Source: Haliotis cracherodii
Lineage: Eukaryota
Direction: 5' to 3'
Length of the DNA: 64,000 nt
Assembly (NCBI RefSeq): GCF_022045235.1
Contig: NW_027266267.1
Span: 11,780,001-11,844,000 of the forward strand
This document shows positions 1-12,348 of the stretch, piece by piece. Within the stretch, counting starts at the first letter, position 1. Each line of letters begins with the position of its first letter. Under the pieces are notes generated by a model. It saw only the letters and a program-made list of their open reading frames with translations. It was not told the DNA's origin and ran no database searches. A program made the translations under genes and the position numbers.

Positions 1-332
1 AGTATATTGTTTTCAGTACATATAAAGCAGAAAATGTGACAAAGTTGCAGGCTATTAGTGCAGTTTTTGCTTTAAGTTACGACAACAAGAGACACGTCGT
101 ATACGCCCTAGACGGTGAGGCAGTCATGCGGATTTCCAATTCGCTTAAATATGAAACAGTTATCAAGTTATCAAATCGACCATGCAGTGTGGCGTATCAC
201 AGTGACAGAATCTATGTATTCAGTGATTCGGGTACGGATGTGTATGCCATGAAAGGAGAGGAAGTTTATCCTTATAAAAATATATCAATGGAACTTCGTT
301 GTAGACGTTTAATCGTTTGCTTTGTGTGGTAA
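1..332 (+). CDS. 3' end of last exon of a PAN/beta-propeller gene paralog (5' part outside window)
   Basis: Open frame to TAA at 332; about 94% identical (19 nt differences by hand) to 14469-14800; AATAAA at ~502. Confidence 0.8.
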   Translation, partial: YIVFSTYKAENVTKLQAISAVFALSYDNKRHVVYALDGEAVMRISNSLKYETVIKLSNRPCSVAYHSDRIYVFSDSGTDVYAMKGEEVYPYKNISMELRCRRLIVCFVW

Positions 333-775
333 TCTTGGTTCAAAATATGTGTGTACTGTCGATGTATGCCGACAGACAACTTTCAGGTAAAACATATGTG
401 TCACGGTGTTGAGGAATGCTCAAGAACTCCTAAGATGATACACTATGGAGACTTTCACCAAATGAACACACAAATATTACATTACTATTGTTATATGCAG
501 AAATAAAGACGTATTCTTATTTAATGTTTCCTATATAATTGATAAAAAATACAGATGTGGGTACCATATCAGATACCACGAGTGAGTTAGTTAATGAGTT
601 AAACTGCCTTGGTAGTGATTTCAGTGATATAAGTTGTCAGCGCAACGAAGAAGGAGAGCCGACAGTAGACGGATCTCACTTTCAGGTAGATCAAGACACG
701 TGAGTATGGCTCTGTCGGACACAGGAGGATAATCTCTTTCCTGATACCCTATACACATACACTTCTTTCGTAATT

Positions 776-2568
776 ATACACTGCAAAAAAGAAACACAAC
801 TAGGAAAATCGTAAATATCTGACAGAGCGTTGTCGATAACCATACACAATTAAAAACAGAAAAATTCAGCATGATTATGATTAATGTTTGTTGAGAATGA
901 GAATGAGGTAGTGCAGAAAGTTGGTGAAAAGAAGAAAAAAACACAACCATGTGAGAGCCTGGCACCCAAACACACTAACATGACATGCACGTGCAACATC
1001 ACTGTTTGGGCTATAAAAACTTTGTGTTTACATTTGCATACCATCACAATCTTACAACAAGTGAACAGCGAAATCATGCCATGCCAGACGGAAGCCCAAC
1101 GCATCAACGCAATACAGGTAAATGATATTCGGCCGTAGCCAGGTTTTTCAAAGAACCATTACAAGACTGTGGGATCGTTATCGGACACACGGGACAATCT
1201 GTGGCATTCACAGATCCGGTTAACCACGTATCACTGCCATGGCACAGGACAGATTCATACGGCTGCATAACCCATGTGAACAAAACACGACGTCCATTTC
1301 TACAGATATAACCATACCAAGATTGTATAGGATATCAGCCCAGATAGTGAGGTACGCGCAAAAGGTATTCGCTTTTGATGGCCATTTCGAAGTGTCATTT
1401 TGACGGACCTGCAACGTCGGCTGCGAAGTCGATGGGTTCAGGGCAACATGGTATGGCCACAGCAGCAAAGAAGGCAAGTTTGGTTTTGTGATGAGTCATG
1501 TTTTATACTTCGTCTTGTTCATAGATATCCAAGGGAACGTTATGCATGAAACTGCATAAAGGAAGTGGACAGATTTTGGGGTGTCAGCGTGATGATGTTG
1601 ACAGCCATCTCCCACACTGGCAGAACAGACTTGGTGCAAGTTCTGAGGAACTATTGAGTGAGTGAGTGAGTATGGTTTTACGCCGCTTTTAGCAATATTC
1701 AAGCATTATCACGGCGGGGGACACCAGAAATGGGCTTCACACATTGCACCCATGTCGGGAATCGAACCCGGGTCTTCGGCGTGACGAACGAACACTTTAA
1801 CCACTAGGCTACCCGACCGCCCCGGGGAACTATTTTTATTCCCCTTCTCCTTATGCAACAAGCAAACGATGTTTTCCAACTCTGATGACACGCCTGAACT
1901 CTGATTGCACGTCCGACAACAGCCTTTTTGATGAACCACAATATCCTTGTACTGCCATGGCACTCCGGGTTTGTTTGTTTGTTTAGCAAATCTGTAAATA
2001 ATCGAGTCCGGACCAGACCATTCAGTTATTGATGTCATGAGCATCTATCCACGAAATTGAGATACGATGACATACATCAACCAAGTCAGAGAGCCTGACC
2101 ACCCGATCACATTAGTCACCTCTTAAGACAATCATAGTTGCCTTTTACGGCAAGCGTAGTTTGCTGAAGACTGGGCCTCCAGATTTAAACCCAATCAAAC
2201 ATTTATTGGATGAACTTGGTCAACGTTTGAGACTACGTCAGCAACAACCACAGAACACACGCAGTTGCCGTTGCCGCAACAACTGCAGGAAGCGTGGGAG
2301 AACATTCCCCAGGCTACAATCCATAGTCTGATTGTTTTTATGGGATGACGATGCTTGTCAGTTTGGAAATCGAGTTGTGGCCATACAAGATATTGAGCAC
2401 ACATCACATTCATCTTGAAAAATCTACTGTTCTACGTGTGCCACATAGAACCTGGGTCAATGAAAATGGTGTGTGCCAATTTCGAACAATTACCATCTGT
2501 TCATTATTTAAGTTATATAAATTAAACATGGAAAAATCATTTGTGCGGAGTTTTGTGGGGTAGAGTAT
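776..2568 (+). mobile_element. Decayed Tc1-like transposon with nested SINE-like insertions
   Basis: Frameshifted Tc1 peptide fragments (MPCQTEAQRINAI, ISAQIV, PDLNP-like); degenerate TA-flanked ends. Confidence 0.7.
1655..1826 (-). mobile_element. tRNA-derived SINE family A
   Basis: A/B-box-like head, (ACTC)n tail, TSD ggaactatt; absent from the duplicate site (~16117). Other copies: 8655-8818, 21287-21449, 25469-25636, 31238-31347, 40322-40440. Confidence 0.85.
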
Positions 2569-4788
2569 ATTTCAGTGACATCAGTAGATTGTAGACACAT
2601 ATCACTTCAAGGTAGAACATGGAGGGCCATGGCAGCACAAGGATATTGTGGTCACAGAGGAGTACAGGATCCACAAACTGGTCAGATTACAACCGCAAAG
2701 GGACCTGCCACACAACTGTCATCACCAGCCAGACTGCCAGACAGATTCTAACTCTCATTTTTAACGTAATATGCACTTGTGCCAGTAAACCTTTTTCCTC
2801 AATGCCAACAAACCTACTGGAAATGTTAATTTCAACTGAGGATGGATTTGGAAGATTCACAGGCAGTGATAGGCGCCTTCGATTCAGCTTGTTATGACAC
2901 GTGGTCTTTGTGTATACGATGCAAGATACAAAATTCAATACTACTGCATGGTGACGATAAATCCAAGATGTAGATAGATCTAAATTGCTGTCATGTATAC
3001 ACTATTTAAACTTAGGGGTTATCCAGTGATGCTTGTGTGTACTGTGTCTCGGGCTCCTTCACTTCTCATGTTTCCTTACTGTAACAAAACCAGCATCTCT
3101 TTACTACATCTCGACCTCCACGATTCTTCACATTTGTTTCTATTGTGATGTGGGTTTTTTCAGGTCAGATGAATATTCAGTCTAGATTGCCGTGCAGTAG
3201 TGTAGCGTTCATTTAGCTTCGTCACAAAGAGTAGAGAAGATACCAGATGTAGTTATACTGGAGTGGAGAAGCCTTTTATGTACACACAAGGGTAGTCAAC
3301 TCGTCAAAGACCCCAATCAGTCATAAACCTGTTGTTTATATTAGTGACTTCATCCTTTGTTAATGTCACTGATGATTATCATTACACGAGAGCGGTCAAG
3401 CTATTGCTGTCCAGAACCGATACTGTAAGTTCAAAAAAAACCTGACCAAATGTCATTGCCGCAAAAACTTCATTCTAATGCAACAATATGTGTTTCAAAT
3501 TAAACGTTATTTAGAATACTTACATGTAGCTGATTTAGAGTGTCAAATGAAAGCTCGCAAACCACATTTCGTGTTTCTATGCATGGAATTGTTTCCTGCG
3601 GCTTTTTAAAGAAATTGCGACAAGACGTTATTGGGATCATACCCGACACATGCTCCGACTGGAAGACGCTTATATCTCCAGCTGAAGTTCTGTAAGCTTC
3701 CTCTTTCACAGTGAACTCTTAATGTCTTAATCATCCTGTTTTTATTCACACTTTAGAATTAATGATTTATTTTCATCTACTACTTTAGTCTGTAAACAAT
3801 AAGCACATAACCTGTTCAATTGATTGTTAAACATCGAAGCAAAAGTACGAATGACCCTTCATCCAGAGGTACATTCTTTTAAATAATGTTGATTTGTATG
3901 TCTCCGATTTACTGACATGTTCGTGTTTTCCAATTCCTACATACCTAACATATAGTTCACTAACTCACCATTGTATCACAGTATTGTGTACTCTCTGCAA
4001 CATTTCTTAAGTGTAACCACATGGCAGTGTAACAATGCTTAATTGTATGGCATCATTGTTGTCACGAATGAGAAGGGTTGGCAACACAACTCTTGATGAA
4101 ATGCTGCATTTCCATGTGTCCTAAGGCGTATTTTAATGTCAGCAATTAGTTAAGGAGAAAAGGGGGAAATATCGAAGGACCTTTTTTCAAGTTTCCCTTT
4201 TATTATATTTGTGTCATTTTTCATATAAATTCATACTTGCGTTCTTCCTAAAGTTAGCCTTTATATTATGTTTCATATCTAAAATAAATCAACAATAGCA
4301 AAATCAAAACTGTACCTGCCGCAACACTCAGACAACACAGACAAACTTTTATTCATATAAGAGGCAATGATGCCAATAGTACAATGTTTATTCAACACAC
4401 GCACATTTGTTCTATGCTTCAAAACGTTCTCTATAAACAGAGGTAGATTTTACAAGATATTTTCCTCGTTTGAAGTACATAAATTTAAATTAGTGCAATG
4501 ATTTGGACATATATAATAACTGAGTGGAACATATTTAACTTTAACATTCAAACATTAAATGTACATAAATGAGAGACTTTTGTCCAGTCCTATTGTGTTT
4601 TGTCACGAAAATATGTTCAAACTAAGTTGGTCACGAATGTAAAACAAGACAGCAACAGGTCTGAATAACCACCACAATCTTATTTTTGTTTTACATGCAA
4701 AAGTTTGCGTGTTTCATTGCAGAGTTGTAACATATAGGAAACAGTCTTCTGGGAAGCATAGTTTAGAGAGAATGGCAGATCATCTAAA

Positions 4789-7653
4789 TTAAGAACAACT
4801 TGAGTTCTCAAAGGTCGGATTTTCTATTCCGTTAGTGCTTCTGTTGGAACATTGCTCATCATCGGTCACTTTACCTCTAGGACGGCATTTCCTGAAGCAG
4901 AGTAATGAATCGTAATATAATTGTATATTTGTTGGTTAACGACTAACACAGCTACACTCAAACTATGTGACTGTCAGAGAGTCCAGTGATTAACACTATG
5001 AGCGTTTGTTTTACACTGTGGAACGATGACATACAATCAAACCTTATCAGCATGCCTGACCAACCGATCCGTTTAGTTACCTCCACCTGGTCACTCCAGC
5101 GTCAAAACGGTGTAAGAAAAATGTAAATGTTTAACACATGATTACTGACCTTGCTGATATACATTAAATCGTGAAATGTGTGCGAGTACAAATTAATATG
5201 TACAAAATGCGAACGTTACATTTGTAACTGGACATATTGGAGTATACTGTTATTTGCAGGTTCTCTGCAAACTGGCGGGACCAATGATATTTACACATAT
5301 TTACATATATATATACATACTGGTCAAATTAAAAACTTAACATTTTAAAAAGTAATCCCATATATGATATACATCGGACAAATGTATCAGAGAAGGTAAT
5401 TTTTAATCATTAATGTCCAAAGAAAGATTTTAATTAAAGGTGGTAACCATAATTTGTACCAAGCACCTACGGTAATTGGTAATAACATCAACAGTGTAAA
5501 TCATAAGACCAAAGCACGAGAATCTGATAGCACACACGTGTATGGCCACCATGTGCGTTGACAACCGCCACACAACGCCTTCGCAATGACCTTGTGATGC
5601 TTGTAAACACATGATTGGGAAGACGACGCCATTGTTGCTGCAAAATTGTGCCAAGATCTTGCAAATTCTGTGGTTGGTTCTGGAGAGAGCTCAGACTTCT
5701 GCCAAGAGCATCCCAGACGTGTTCGATGGGATTGAAGTCGGGAGACCTTGACGGCCAGTCCATTACGTTGACTCCCGCATTCTGAAGGTAATTCCTTGTC
5801 AAAACTGCTGTGTGGGGTCTGGCATTGTCGTGTTGGAAGATCAAACCATGTCCACGTGCTGCCATAAAAGGCAGAAGTTCTGGTGCCAGTACCTGGTCGC
5901 GGTAAGCAGCAGAGTTGAGGTTGCCATGGATGACAAGAAGCCTGGAACGTGCATTGCTACAGAAAGCACCCCACACCATGACACATCCGCCTCGAAATCT
6001 GTCAATATCCTGTACACAGCATTGGACGTAATGTTCATGAAGGCGCCTCCACACCCTCGCCCTACCATTAGCAAATCGTAAATTAAATCGGGATTCATCA
6101 CTGAAGACGACTTGATTCCAATTCCTCTGAGTCCATCGTAAGTGTCGCTGCGCCCACAAATGACTCTGACGTCTGTGTAATTGAGTCAGAATCGGCCAGC
6201 AGTAGGACCGTCATGCTTGAAGGTGAGCAGTTCTCAGACGGTTTCGAACAGTTTGCGCACTCAGTCTACCCCTAAACATTTCATTTCTGGTTGATGTAGC
6301 CGTCAAAAATCGGTTACGGAGGTGACGTAAGACAATAAGACGCGTCTGTAAATCATAAACAGTCCGTCTACTACAACCCATCGACCTTGCGACGTCAGCT
6401 ACGGATGTTCCCGTCTGCAACATGCCGATGGCACGTTCACGTTGCACATCTGAAAGGCGTGGCGTGACAAATGGCCGTAAAGATTTTTATTTTCTCGTGT
6501 TTTTCTTTTTTTGTTAATGACTGCTAACAAGTAAATGACTGCTGAAAACACGTGCGGTTGCACGTGAAAAAACACTTTTGCCAGTATAGTGCAGTGCACA
6601 TAATTTTGATCGATTCATCTGCACAAAAACACAAGGGCCCACAATGATAACTGGTCAAAATGTTAAAATTTTAGGATTGTGAAGTTTTTAATTTGGTTCA
6701 GTATATTATGCATATATATAACGAAGGTCGTAAGTGGGCTCATCTTGTTTACACACGTTGATCAAGCTGTTATGACATTTACCAACCGTGTATGATGGCG
6801 TCTTTTCAGGCAGTCAAACCACTGCTCATCCAGGTCGCGAACATGTACAGCCTAGCAACAACATTAAACTGTGGTATCTTCCAACAATTTTTAATGGATC
6901 TAGATTCAGCAAATTTTGTTCATTTTCATTCACCAATGGCCAGTCTTGGTAGACGACTATATATCTATGGTCGTGGTAAATCATAAGGTATTTCTCTTTG
7001 ACCATCCTTCTAATAATGGTTCATTAACCAGGGAGACGTTGACCTACACTTTTACTTAACACTGAAAACGTTAAGACTAGATCAGTCTTAAACCACTATA
7101 CACAGAACCCGTCCGGAAAGCGGAAGGCCCGGGGTTCGATGCCCGGCCGCGCCATACCAAAATACGTTAGAAGAAAGTACTTGTCGTTACCCTGTCTGGC
7201 GTTAGGCATTACAGGGCTAGAACAAGGACTGGTCTGCTCGGAGTCGCTCTGCTGTGTCTTAATAGGGTATTCATGTTGAAAGGGGTATGTCGTATAAGTG
7301 GGCAAGCACTATAAAACCGACATTAGTCCGGGCTAGTACAAGCAACCACCCGACCACACATGCATGCACGTCGCAATATAAGGACAATACGTTTGGACGC
7401 GACGTTAAACCCCATTTCACCTCACCTCACCATTGTGCACGATGAGCAGAGTAGCATACACACGCTTAGACTTGTAAATATTATTTAGATTTAAGCAATT
7501 AATTCGTTTGAATATCAGAGACAGACATAGAAGGGACTGAGTGTACGTACATATGCAGATGAAGAAGTATTGCCCCGACGATGATCAACACAATAATTAT
7601 GTTACAAGTCACTGCCCCCGCCACCACTGGAGTTGATGTGTCAGGTGCTGCAC
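4789..7653 (-). CDS. Duplicated TM exon (7653-7551) and cytoplasmic-tail exon (4891-4789) of the SRCR-YWTD receptor; orphan or alternative 3' cassette
   Basis: Both 103-nt exons keep AG/GT sites, phase and frame: [32 protein letters not shown] / [33 protein letters not shown]. Confidence 0.65.
5320..6701 (-). mobile_element. Tc1-family transposon with disrupted DDE transposase
   Basis: ~30-bp imperfect TIRs flanked by TA; motifs FSDESRF, FQHDNARPH, SPDFNPIEHVW; start codon mutated and internal stop at 6211. Confidence 0.92.
7095..7430 (+). mobile_element. SINE family D (MetaSINE-like central domain)
   Basis: B-box GGTTCGATGCC, shared body, (CACCT)n tail; copies 21720-22050, 61420-61530, 63387-63658(-), 63753-63985. 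Superfamily assignment is from recollection only. Confidence 0.65.
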
Positions 7654-10600
7654 CTGAAATGATGTTAACAGATTCACAGACTCATTGCAGACTCATTGTA
7701 AACATAACACGCCTGCACTAGGTTTGTGTGTGTTTGTTTAATTTTCAGCAATATTCCAGCTGGCGGTCTGTTAATAATCGAATCTGGACCAGACAATCCA
7801 GTGATTGACATCATGAGCATCGGATCCATGCAATTGGGAAACGGTGACATGTATCAACCAAGTCATGGAGCCTGACCAACAGAACCTGTTAATCGCCTCT
7901 TACCGCTGGCACGAGACTTCACCTCATCAATATCCAACATATTTATATACTAGCACATGCTTCAATATAAGATACTTGTAGTAGCTGTAAGCATCAACAT
8001 AAAAGAATAGTTTCGATGTAAAGGCATTAAAGCCTACATCAAAAGCAGGATAAACAGCGGTGAGATAGCTGTGGTTAGTGTCTGAGTATTCGTGCAATAC
8101 TGAAGAGACTTGCCCCTCACAATGAAACCATGCAAAACTTATGATGAAACAAAGAGTATTTCCCTATGGTTGATGTGCATCGTATAGTCAAAGGCTTAAA
8201 TTGGTTTTACAAACTCACAAGCTTGAGGGCTATTTTTAAAAGCCGATATGAAGAGCGTATTAATTATGTCATCTCGTGACCACTAAATGTGGGCACAATT
8301 GCATTAGAAACCAGGACAAGCGGTTTCTTGCATGGCTTAAGGACGCGTACGCCTCTTGATATTGACAATGGCTCTAACGCTTACACCAATTTTCACATAA
8401 GGAACATGCACTGAATTCGAAAGCGACTTTACCCTTGTCATCATCAAAGGTTACCATAACTACAGCGAGGTAAAGAAATGGTTGCCTGCAAAAGAAACGA
8501 TTCACTACGTCGGTGCACGTGAGTACACATTGAGGTAGGTCACATCTTCTCACCAGACATTGATGCAACACCACAGCAATATGAAATAGTTGGGTTGCAA
8601 AATATTCATTCGAATTAAAGAAATCCATGTTTGAACCTCGGGAATTTGCCCCATGAGTGAGTGAGTATGGTTTTACGCCGCTTTCAGCAATATTCCAGCA
8701 TTATCACGGCTGGGGACACCAGGAATGGGCTTCACACATTGTACCCATGTCGGGAATTGAACCCGGGTCTTCAACGTGACGAGTGAACGCTTTAACCACT
8801 AGGCTACGCGACCGCTCCGATTGGCCACGTGAATCAACTTGTGTTCACATATTTCCTACCACAAGACGCTCTCATTATCCTGGTTGGGACAGGTATCTCG
8901 GTCGAATGAGTGACTATGTAAAGGGCTGACCCACTGGGTAGACTGGACTTCATTGTTTGAAGGTGTAATGTAGCTAAGTTATTGTTTTACGCTGCATTAA
9001 ACATTATGTCAAACACGTTTTTGTTTTTAATAGATTTATCACATACCTATGTCCAAATCTAAAACATTAATAACATGACAGTAATATTCTCCACAATAAA
9101 AAAAATGAAATCAGGACTCGACACGGTGCAGTGTGACTTAATCTAGATGTCCAAAGTTTGAACATTGAACCGAGAGTTACACTTATATTTAGATACTCCA
9201 TAAAAAAAATCAAATGTTTAATCACTTATGGGTGCTATGTTTTTTATGTTAGCATGGGGTTTTTCATCCTCAAACGTGTTAAGTCAAAAGGGACATAGAT
9301 GAATGCGAGTGTCTGATTTACACACTTAATCACTTAAGCCCATCAGGTTCAAAATCAGGTCCCAAGTTTCGTGTGCTTGTAAAAAGCCGATTTAATCGTG
9401 GTTTTGATGGTCAGGTGGGCTGTCCGCATATTAACATCGCGTGAATCAGTATATTTGTTTCAGTATCACTTTGGATTCGTACAGAAATTATTTTTACCAG
9501 CTCTGATTTTAATACAGGGGGCTGAATCATTGCTGGCAGCAGCGTTACACTTCGCCTCACATACGGTCGAATGAATAAGTTAACTGACGAACTAACGAGA
9601 TAAAGATTTAGACATTTTAGCATGGGTGGAGGAGAAGTGGTAGAAATTCAGTTTTGAAGCCATGCTACAGTCCCAGCTTATCTAACCGATCCTCTAAATA
9701 TGAATGTGAAACACACTGATTTCAAGTGAGAAGTGTCACCTCACCTTGTGCTCCCTCTAACCAAGCTATCACTTCAGTGGCTCACCCTGCTTTCAACCCT
9801 GTCTGGTGTTCTGTTGTCTTAAACTTTCTTTACGACTACAGCCTTGAGTCTGTCACACTCCAGAGAGTTGTCATCTCCCAGTGCCTGACTAGGTGTCCGA
9901 CCCATGTATCGTATCCAAGGGAGGTCACTCGAGTGAGCATTTTATTCCTCAACATTGTGTGGTTGGTGCATTAATATAACACTTTGAATGTTTCCTCATT
10001 CAGGTATGGCTCATTACTGTGTTGCCACACCCATGAACAGTGAGATATTATCATTATAGCGGAAGGGAGGGAACTCATCAGACAACGTATATTATTGACG
10101 TTTGATTTTTCCGATTTACTGCTACGTCAGTTGCATAACTAGAAAGATGAGAGATGACAGTGTTGTATCAACGGATCATTGCGCCATGCCCTGTTCCCTT
10201 CAACAAACCACCCAGACCTTGAAAGAACACAACAACACAACACACCCAACATCGTTCATTTCTTTCTGCAACATTTTGTCATGGCCAGCTCGATCTCACT
10301 GGGACCACACTGGTCGTCATTTTAGGACGCAACCTGAGGAACCTGCAAACACGTCGAGTGCGGGCATGTATTTGAAGCCAAAGGTTGACATATGCAAAAC
10401 TGACTACAAGCTCAACAATGTGTTGCCAGTGACAGCATTGTTTGTTGTCAGTATCATTGCTGTATATTTGTGTATGTGATTACATTTAGAATACATCACC
10501 TACTTTTTTAATATATTTTTGTGTGAAGCCTTATATAGTTTGGTATACATAGTTTTGCTCATCAGTGCCTATCAAGGCACGAACGGTAGGATGTAGCTTT

Positions 10601-12348
10601 TGTGTGAATTTCCTTTCTGATAAGATGAGTCATGGGTGAGGGTCAACAATAAAACCAACAAAACCCTTTCCATAATCATAAGAAATACATTGTGCAATTC
10701 ACACTGTTTCATATGCATATGTTTATGAATCATTATCAAATAGTGATGACGACAGGTGTTCGTATCAGTCATAAACCCATGGCAAGGATAGAGAATAACC
10801 AGTCTCGAGTATCCACTGAAACAGTTTACACTTGGGGTGAAAGGTAATATAGCAGTGAAAATTATATGAATGGATCACTGAAACTGGTGTTCGCAAAAAC
10901 AGTATAAATGTCCTGCCCAACCTGTCGCACCTGCCACTCACTGAACTTGTATAAAAGTTGTTTTTATCTGACGCCGTAGAGCAGTACTCCTTCCATGCGA
11001 CGGGAGACAGATGAGACAATCAAGTCATTGACCTTTGAAAATCTTAAAAGTGACACGATAGCCCATTTACTGATTTTGTGGAAAGTTATATTTCTATTTT
11101 GAATTACAGCTGCAGTGTACAAGAGCAGTAATCCCACTGCTTAGAAGTAAACGATAAATGTGGTGTAAGCAATTTTAATGTACTGGTCCAAACATTTCTT
11201 TTGTTGTTGACTTGACATATTATCAATAAATTACTCCTTCCATCAGCAGAAACAAAGAGCAGCCGAAACCAATTGGAATGTATTCATATTGTGTTCGAAA
11301 TGCAGAATGAAAAAATGTTCTTGACCATAAATACATGATGCTGATATTCAAAATCATCATGTAGTTTCTGTTTCTGCTCGTTTGCATTTTTACTTAAACG
11401 GAAGCTGATTTGATGAAGGGCGTTTCGTCCGGTGTTTCCTTACTTAGTTTCCCCTTACTTTCTGGCGCATCCGATCTTAATTCACATCAAACAGCTTCAT
11501 GCGTGCGTTCAGTGAGTGGCAAATAACAAGAAGAATAGATACGTTCCGTTTAATGTGACATTCAAAGGTCAACTCAAATGTCACATTGTATGTTTGAAAT
11601 GCATTATTTATATTTCGGGAGTTGACAGTTGTACGACCTTTCAAAGTTTAGGGAATTAACTTTTTCGAAGGTACTTTAGTCAGTTTCTTGTACATTCAAA
11701 GAACAAAAACATAATCTAGATGAAAAAAACGACATTTTAACAATGCATGAGATTCTAAATCTGAATACTCTGAAACTTTTTCAGTCATTCTTTCGCGGCA
11801 TATACGTTTTGTTTGTATTAAGTTTCACCAGCAATAAAAATTATGACAATTTTTTTTAATTGATTGATGAATTGCCTTTTTGCACGCAGAGCCGTTTGGA
11901 CAGTAAAGGCAATGCCATTGCTTTAGACCAATACACAAGTAAGTCATTAGTCTAGAAATACTACTGGCAGTAGCAAAGATCCACCACATTTGAACAACGA
12001 CGGAGACATCAGTGGCTGGTTGGCGACAATACACAGTGATAAGTATACGTGTGTCTTTGTGTTGTTCGAATCATGTTTTGTTTACAATTACTATACTTTT
12101 TTTCCTTTTAAAATTCGCGTTCGTTTATCCATAACTTTCTGACGTCGAACCATGTTTGTGTCTTGGTCTTATTGATAGATATATTCGCTGACTTTTATAA
12201 TAAGTGTACAGTGGCTCGTTTGCACCCATCCTGTTGATAACATTTGTACTGATCAATTCAGTTTGTGCATAATACCCTTACGGTTGTATGGCAAAGAAAA
12301 TTCTCATTCTCGTGTCCCTGATGCACTTCAGCCAAACGCAATAAGGAG

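Noticed and set aside
10102-10479. ORF ending in a hydrophobic stretch
   Set aside because: No recognisable domain or linked exons.
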